Below, one piece after another: positions 57,962 through 64,000 of a DNA stretch of 64,000 bases. The DNA is from a virus: positions 1 through 64,000 of the IMG/VR virus record IMGVR_UViG_3300043449_002510; one strand, 5' to 3'. Position 1 is the stretch's first letter, and the number at the start of each line of letters is the position of its first letter. The notes under the pieces were generated by a model. It saw only the letters and a list, made by a program, of their open reading frames with translations. It made no database searches and had not been told where the DNA came from. Both the position numbers and the translations under genes were made by a program.

Positions 57962-59752
57962 ATGTCATTTAAAGGTTTAATAACGGGAACATTAGGATAT
58001 GAATTAAGAAAAGATTTCTTAGCTAATTCTTTAATGTATCGTGAATTAGAAACTTTTAATTATGATATTTATAGCGTAGATTTTTCTGGACTTAGTGCTT
58101 TAGAAATTCAAAAACAAATAAAAAATGAATTTAATAACATTTATTCTGGTGATATAAACGTTAAAGTTTTTAATACAGCTAATGCTTTACAATATCCAAG
58201 CGACAGTATTAGAGCCGCACGTTATACAGTTAATGTAGAGATAGCCAAATCTCTTTCATATTCACTTTTAACTGGCCAATTTCCAGAGCTTGAAACAAGT
58301 TATTTTAAAGGTATAGATTCTTTGTTTTGGGCTAATAATGGAAAATATATATTAGATTTTAAAGAAGATTATGGTTTTGGAATAAATAGTAATGGTAATA
58401 GAGAATTTAATCACAATCTTTCGTTTTCTTTGAGAAGTGGGAAAATTTCAGATCAAATTGAAAGAAAAAATCTTGCTCAGAAGATCGCGACGGGAATATT
58501 TGATCAGGACAAAAATACAACATTTGGAATATCTTTGCTTTCTGGAGAGATTTCTTCAGTAGGAGATGCTTCAACTTTTAGAAATTATTATAATGAATCT
58601 TACGATTACTTCAAAAATTCTTATTCTTTTTCGAGACGTAGAGAATTATTACCTTTTTCTGATGCCAACACAATTTTTAATATAAATCAAACATTGACAA
58701 TGAATGAAAATGGAATCATTGACATTATTGAAAAAGGTTTTACTTTAGGAAAAATAAATTTTTCATTAGCTAAAAATGATTTAGAAAATACTTTATCTCA
58801 ATCTTATAATCGTTGTACTGGATTTTATTATAAATTTTATAATACTGGAATATTATTGCAAGATTCTCAATATAAAGATAATTTACCATTTAATTTTCTT
58901 CCATTAATTAACACTCCAGTAAAATTAGTAAAAAATTATGATGTAAATGTTCTAGCCGCAAATTATGAAGTTACATATACTAATAACCCCCAATTTTCTG
59001 GAGACGGAACGGTGACTTCCCAAACTGTTGAATTCAACATCAATGAATTTAATAAAGTTGAAGCAACTCATTCTTATGATTATACTTTAAATAAAATAAT
59101 TAAAAATTCAGATTATTTTGTTACGGGATTATTCAAATATACCACTGGAGAAAGTCCTTCCTTAATGTTTAATTATTATACAGGAATTTACTCAAATATA
59201 TTTTCAGTATATCCAAATTTAAATTTAACAAAATCTTCAGCTAATTTTCCTAATATAAAAACAAAAGCATCTGTTAGATTTACATATAATAATGATCCAA
59301 CTTATTTTGTAAATGTAAATGGAAAAGAGTTTAAAATTTTTGATGTAACAATTGACAAAAAAAATCCAACAGATATTGTAAGTGAATACAAAATTATAAA
59401 TCGAACAACAAAAGATAAAAAATCTATATTATCTTATGCTTATCAGACAGAAAAAGGAAGTATCATAATAAAAATTGTTGCAAATATAGGAAAATATAGT
59501 AAGCAATTCATTTCTGACGGAGTGGGAGACTTTTTATTAGTTGGATCAGATCATTCTTTTAAATTAAGCGAATATCTTGAAGCGATTTATAAATTTGCTG
59601 GACAAGCATTTTTTAATAATTTTGGACAACCAATGTCTGCTTTTAATTGGTTTATTGAAGATTCAAATTATTCTTTTAGTTCTGAAGGAATAATTGATGT
59701 CTCAATAACTTATGCTTATACATTAAAGAAAAGGAATTCAAACAATTTTTAA
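57962..59752 (+). CDS. Putative distal tail/tail-tip protein
   Basis: Directly follows TMP; beta-rich. Confidence 0.5.
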   Translation: MSFKGLITGTLGYELRKDFLANSLMYRELETFNYDIYSVDFSGLSALEIQKQIKNEFNNIYSGDINVKVFNTANALQYPSDSIRAARYTVNVEIAKSLSYSLLTGQFPELETSYFKGIDSLFWANNGKYILDFKEDYGFGINSNGNREFNHNLSFSLRSGKISDQIERKNLAQKIATGIFDQDKNTTFGISLLSGEISSVGDASTFRNYYNESYDYFKNSYSFSRRRELLPFSDANTIFNINQTLTMNENGIIDIIEKGFTLGKINFSLAKNDLENTLSQSYNRCTGFYYKFYNTGILLQDSQYKDNLPFNFLPLINTPVKLVKNYDVNVLAANYEVTYTNNPQFSGDGTVTSQTVEFNINEFNKVEATHSYDYTLNKIIKNSDYFVTGLFKYTTGESPSLMFNYYTGIYSNIFSVYPNLNLTKSSANFPNIKTKASVRFTYNNDPTYFVNVNGKEFKIFDVTIDKKNPTDIVSEYKIINRTTKDKKSILSYAYQTEKGSIIIKIVANIGKYSKQFISDGVGDFLLVGSDHSFKLSEYLEAIYKFAGQAFFNNFGQPMSAFNWFIEDSNYSFSSEGIIDVSITYAYTLKKRNSNNF

Positions 59753-59761
59753 AATAATTTT

Positions 59762-61411
59762 ATGCCATTAGATAGAAGACTTTATGTTTATTATGATGAC
59801 AAGGAGTTGTATCCAACTCCTTTAATTAATTATAGTTATCAACCAATAAATTTTGGCTATATTTATGGATATAATACAGAAATAACTCTAGAAGGGATAA
59901 TTACAGGAATAGATAATAAGGAATCTGGGATATCAGAGATAACTGGAATATTTGCAAAACAATTTTCTACTTTAAAAGTGGAAAACGAAAAACATAGTGG
60001 AATTTATCAATGGAATAATGTAACTGTTGACAATATAAGTTTTGAACAAAGTCAATATTTAAAAGGGAGTTTTGTAAAATATAACGTTAAATGTTTTGTT
60101 TATGATATACCAAGTGGAGTAATAGATCCTTCAAACGAATATTCTTTTACACAAAATGAAGATGGGACAGTAAACGTTAATCACAAAATTAGTGCGAGAG
60201 GTGTAAGAAATAATTTAGGAGCATTTCAAAATGCAATAAATTTTGTAAAATCTTTTACTGGAAAAGATCCTTTTTCAAATTGTGTGCCCTACTTTGTCCC
60301 TAGTGGATCTGGAGTTTTATTAAATTTATCTGAAAATATAAATAGAGCAGATGGAATTTATTCTGTTACTGAGGTATATAAGTATAATACGGGAGTTATT
60401 TCTGAAGCTTTACATATTACATCATTAGATATTGATGAAAGCTTGGGGTCTGAATATAGTTCAATAAGTTATAATTTAAAAGTTATTGGTTCTCCAATTT
60501 ATAAGAATACAGACTCAATTATAAGTAATTATTTAAATTATAATCTTTTAAATGATATTCAAAATGATTTTGGTTTAAATACATCTGGCTGGGTAAAAAA
60601 TACATATTCTGCCGCCGTTGATTCTGGAGCCGCAACAATTGATATAAAAGTCGAATATCTTTCTGGCGCAAATCCTAGTGGTTTTTTTGATTATGTTATA
60701 TCTTGCGACAAGGATCATTTAATGGGAATAGAAAATTGGAAGATAGAGGGAGAATTTAAATGTTTCGGTCCTTTAGATTATAAAATTAATCAATTAAACG
60801 CTTTCAAATCTACAAATAAGAATAATTCTTGGAGAACGTATTTAATTAATTTGATAACTAATTCGCAAATTTACAATTCTTTACATGATGTAGACAAAGT
60901 TTTTTCTATAAACACAAACGTTAATCAGGATGAAAATTTAAAAATCGGAGCTTTAAAGTTATCTCTTACTTTAAATATGGGATACGAGCCTGATGGACTT
61001 GCTGATTTAAAATATTCAATTAATGGAAGTCCAAGCAAATGGATCTACGAACTTATGCCATCGGTTAATATAGAAGGGGCTTATGTTGTTCAAAGTTTGG
61101 AGACAAAAACGAATGGCGTAATTGAATTAAATGTTTCAGCTAAATCTCTTCAAAAAGAAAATGGATTGAATCTATGCAATAGTTATATAAATAATTTGGC
61201 AAATACTTACATTGATTCTGGAAATGATTTGAATGTGAAAGCATTTTTGATTGAAGATTTTTATTCTACTGGAACATACGATGTTTCTTACTCAAAAAAA
61301 TTTATAGGAAATATAAAAGATATAGATTCAACTTTGGTTAATTTACAATGTTTTGGAACATTTGATTATTCAGTGCCAACAAGAATAAAAGGATATAATT
61401 TTGGTTACTAA
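59762..61411 (+). CDS. Putative tail-tip/hub protein
   Basis: Synteny; PTPLINYS, ITLEG, VNHKISARG. Confidence 0.5.
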   Translation: MPLDRRLYVYYDDKELYPTPLINYSYQPINFGYIYGYNTEITLEGIITGIDNKESGISEITGIFAKQFSTLKVENEKHSGIYQWNNVTVDNISFEQSQYLKGSFVKYNVKCFVYDIPSGVIDPSNEYSFTQNEDGTVNVNHKISARGVRNNLGAFQNAINFVKSFTGKDPFSNCVPYFVPSGSGVLLNLSENINRADGIYSVTEVYKYNTGVISEALHITSLDIDESLGSEYSSISYNLKVIGSPIYKNTDSIISNYLNYNLLNDIQNDFGLNTSGWVKNTYSAAVDSGAATIDIKVEYLSGANPSGFFDYVISCDKDHLMGIENWKIEGEFKCFGPLDYKINQLNAFKSTNKNNSWRTYLINLITNSQIYNSLHDVDKVFSINTNVNQDENLKIGALKLSLTLNMGYEPDGLADLKYSINGSPSKWIYELMPSVNIEGAYVVQSLETKTNGVIELNVSAKSLQKENGLNLCNSYINNLANTYIDSGNDLNVKAFLIEDFYSTGTYDVSYSKKFIGNIKDIDSTLVNLQCFGTFDYSVPTRIKGYNFGY

Positions 61412-61444
61412 TTTTGTGTAATTATATTGGTAAAAAGGTAAAGA

Positions 61445-64000
61445 ATGAATAAGGATGTATTTTTAAATTGTTTGTCATATACTGGAATTAATACAGGAAT
61501 TTCAGTAATGGGTCTTTATTCTTTTTCTAGTGGTCTTTCTGGAGCTTGTTTCAATCAATTGTATTCATCTGGATATAATTATTTTAGTGGATTGCCGTAT
61601 GAAGGCGCTCTTCCATTAATTTATAATGGGGCTGGAAATCAAACTAGTGGTATTTTTTCTTCTAATCAGTCGTATCATATACCAATAAAAAATTTTAATA
61701 GTTTTGGTGCTTTAATTTCTTTAAATCATAGTGGCTGTTTAAATACTGGAAATACTAATTTAGTTTTATTCTCTACTGTTTCTGATTTCTCAGGAATAAA
61801 TTCTGGGATAGTATTGGGAATTACTCCTTCTAATAGGTTGTTTTTAAATGCTTCTGGATATCTTTCGACCATTTCAGAAGAAATAACTCCAAATGATTTT
61901 GTTTTCGTTAGTTTAGAAGAGAAAAGATTTGTTAATTTTGGAATATTTAACATAAAACATAATGAATTTTATAAAAAATCTTATGATTATAATTCTTCAG
62001 ATTTAATTATTGAGAAATTGTATTTTGGAGGGGTTTTGAAATATCCTTCTATTTATACGGGTTATTCTGGAAAATTAAATGAAATTTATTTTTTTAGTGG
62101 AGCTATAGATGATTTTTTGTTTAACTCTTGTATTGATTGCACTTATGCAACCGGATATTCTTATTCGCAATCAATAGATATTTTTAATCAAGTAAAAATA
62201 ACAGGTTCTTTCTGGAGTGGAATAAAAGAAACAAGAATTACTGGAAGCAAAAAAACAACGGGCACTTTTTTAAAAACCGATGGTTCAACTGGTAATTTTT
62301 ATTATGATTCTGGCTTAAGTGGAAGTGTAGAAGTTTATCAAAACTTATTTCCCGGAACAGGAATAGAAAATTTATATATAACAGGTAGTGGTATAGATTT
62401 TTATTTTGATTCTAGTAAAAAAATTTCTCAAACAAGTTTTGATTTATTTTTTGATCTGGGGTTAGATTCTGGAGATGTTCTGGAAATTTATACATATAAA
62501 AATTTTAATCCTAATGTTAACTTAAATATTATTGACGATTTTTTCCCATCTACAGATAATTATGTTCAATTATTTGCCAACGGTTTGGCCGAAACGAAGG
62601 ATGGAGAAAGTCAATATTTTTCAGATTTTTATACTGGTTTTAATAATAAAATTTATAATTTTGATTCGCAAGATATTCTTTCTTGTGATTTTACTACTGG
62701 AAATTCTATAACTATTCCTTACAATAATCAAGGTTGCATTACTGGTGAAGCCACTTCAAGCGAAGTGATTGATATATATCAAATAAACGCCTATCCCTTC
62801 TTCCCAGAGGTAAGTAGCGAAGAAGAAATTCCTCCTTTTATTTACGATCTTTATTTGAATGGCAAAAAATTAATAAGTGGTTTAGACTATATTATAACTG
62901 GAGTTCCGGGGGGTATTGATGGTTGGTCTAATCATATTTATCTTTCTGGAGATAATAGTTTGTTATTTAATTTAGAAAATCCTCAAGAATTTAAATTAGT
63001 TATATCTCAACCAAATTATGTAAGAAATTTATTTTATATAACTAAAGATACTCATTATTTAACTGGTTTGTCTGGATTTTCAGAGCAAATTTGGAAAAAT
63101 GGTATTCGTCAAAAAAATAAAATAGACTATTATATAAAGAATTCTTGTAATTTTTATTCTGGAGAATATTTAGATCCAAACTATTCTTTCCAATTATTAA
63201 ATTCTACAAATTCGTTTATTAATGATTTTACAAGTTTAGGTAATTATGTTTATAGAAATGCTCAACAACAAATAGAATCATTGACTCAAAATTCATCTGT
63301 TGATACGAAGAAAATTTTTTCAAATACTGATTTTATTAATTATGAAACTCAAACTTCTTTGCCTTCATGCGTTTTTAGTGGAAGTGGAGTAAATAAAAAT
63401 TTATACGTAACAAATATAAGCTCTGGAACAATAAAGAGTGGAATGTTTATATATGGGGCAAATTATCAAAATCAAATTATAACAGGATTTGTCCAAGGAA
63501 CCTATGGAAATACCGGTTTATATTCAACAAATACATCAGATAACTTTTCTCAAAAATTATTGACTGGCTATTCTATTCCAAATTTTGAAAGAAATACTGG
63601 TTGTTGGGTTTATCCTCTTGGAAAAGAATTGACATGTATCAGCCCATGGAATTCTCACAATTTATTTGAATCAAATACTAGAACTTGCACTTTAATAACT
63701 CCACAACATGTATTATGCGCCACTCACTTTCCACCAAATTCTGCCGGAAATACAATTGTTTTTGTAACGGAAGATAATCAAATAATTACAAGAAAAGTCG
63801 TAGATAATTCTTATGTCCAAAATTTCATGAGTGATTTACTTGTTATTTTGTTAGATTCTCCATTGCCAGATTCAATAAAACCATGTCTTTTATTACCTTC
63901 TAATTATTTAAATTATTTAAATTTTAAACCTATTATTAGTAACATTCAATATAGTTATAAACATACTTCTCCGGAAGTTTGCGGTCTTTTTTTAGACAAG
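61445..64000 (+). CDS. Large tail protein (partial) with LamG-like region and trypsin-like protease domain
   Basis: ATG 61445 follows GTGTAA and AAGG. In-frame LYFGG..YSGKLNEIYFF and TLITPQHVLCATHF...SDLLVILLDSPLP. Runs off the window end. Confidence 0.7.
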   Translation, partial: MNKDVFLNCLSYTGINTGISVMGLYSFSSGLSGACFNQLYSSGYNYFSGLPYEGALPLIYNGAGNQTSGIFSSNQSYHIPIKNFNSFGALISLNHSGCLNTGNTNLVLFSTVSDFSGINSGIVLGITPSNRLFLNASGYLSTISEEITPNDFVFVSLEEKRFVNFGIFNIKHNEFYKKSYDYNSSDLIIEKLYFGGVLKYPSIYTGYSGKLNEIYFFSGAIDDFLFNSCIDCTYATGYSYSQSIDIFNQVKITGSFWSGIKETRITGSKKTTGTFLKTDGSTGNFYYDSGLSGSVEVYQNLFPGTGIENLYITGSGIDFYFDSSKKISQTSFDLFFDLGLDSGDVLEIYTYKNFNPNVNLNIIDDFFPSTDNYVQLFANGLAETKDGESQYFSDFYTGFNNKIYNFDSQDILSCDFTTGNSITIPYNNQGCITGEATSSEVIDIYQINAYPFFPEVSSEEEIPPFIYDLYLNGKKLISGLDYIITGVPGGIDGWSNHIYLSGDNSLLFNLENPQEFKLVISQPNYVRNLFYITKDTHYLTGLSGFSEQIWKNGIRQKNKIDYYIKNSCNFYSGEYLDPNYSFQLLNSTNSFINDFTSLGNYVYRNAQQQIESLTQNSSVDTKKIFSNTDFINYETQTSLPSCVFSGSGVNKNLYVTNISSGTIKSGMFIYGANYQNQIITGFVQGTYGNTGLYSTNTSDNFSQKLLTGYSIPNFERNTGCWVYPLGKELTCISPWNSHNLFESNTRTCTLITPQHVLCATHFPPNSAGNTIVFVTEDNQIITRKVVDNSYVQNFMSDLLVILLDSPLPDSIKPCLLLPSNYLNYLNFKPIISNIQYSYKHTSPEVCGLFLDK

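Larger units (their letters stand above)
3104..61420 (+). promoter_or_regulatory. Dispersed putative late promoter motif (A)GTGTAW followed by an AT-rich tail, 16 copies upstream of genes
   Basis: GTGTA at 3104, 4327, 9372, 14757, 19408, 23236, 26343, 26650, 28699, 41186, 43282, 45506, 47116, 49058, 51070, 61416, each ~10-50 nt upstream of a plus-strand start. Confidence 0.8.

Noticed and set aside
6156-61953. Short ORFs nested in or antisense to large late genes
   Set aside because: Fully overlapped by long well-supported CDSs, and their composition is typical of shadow frames.
3140-64000. Genome-wide stop-codon reassignment
   Set aside because: Genes are long and tightly packed under the standard code with no fragmentation.

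Overview
This window is part of a large tailed dsDNA phage genome (Caudoviricetes, probably siphovirus-like) with two very different parts. (1) Bases 1-2900 are visibly GC-rich. They hold seven small minus-strand genes, mostly acidic. Six have their own sigma70-type promoter and five of those look leaderless. Between the genes lies an ordered regulatory lattice: 20 sigma54 (RpoN) -24/-12 motifs in strictly alternating orientation and six 25-bp palindromes made of back-to-back IHF consensus sites. (2) Bases ~2930-64000 are very AT-rich and almost all plus strand. They encode PhoH, a phage sigma factor, an ERCC4-type nuclease, terminase, portal, protease/scaffold, decoration and major capsid proteins, ~22 kb of fibre/lectin genes, neck and tail genes, a 2277-aa tape measure protein (TMP) and tail-tip genes. 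A GTGTAW motif recurs upstream of late genes. The two best candidates for an undescribed system are the sigma54/IHF lattice and a TMP segment where seven xxG[FY][IL]PNF motifs delimit unrelated cargo domains, two of them resembling PD-(D/E)xK nucleases. All calls come from reading motifs and synteny by eye; no searches were run.
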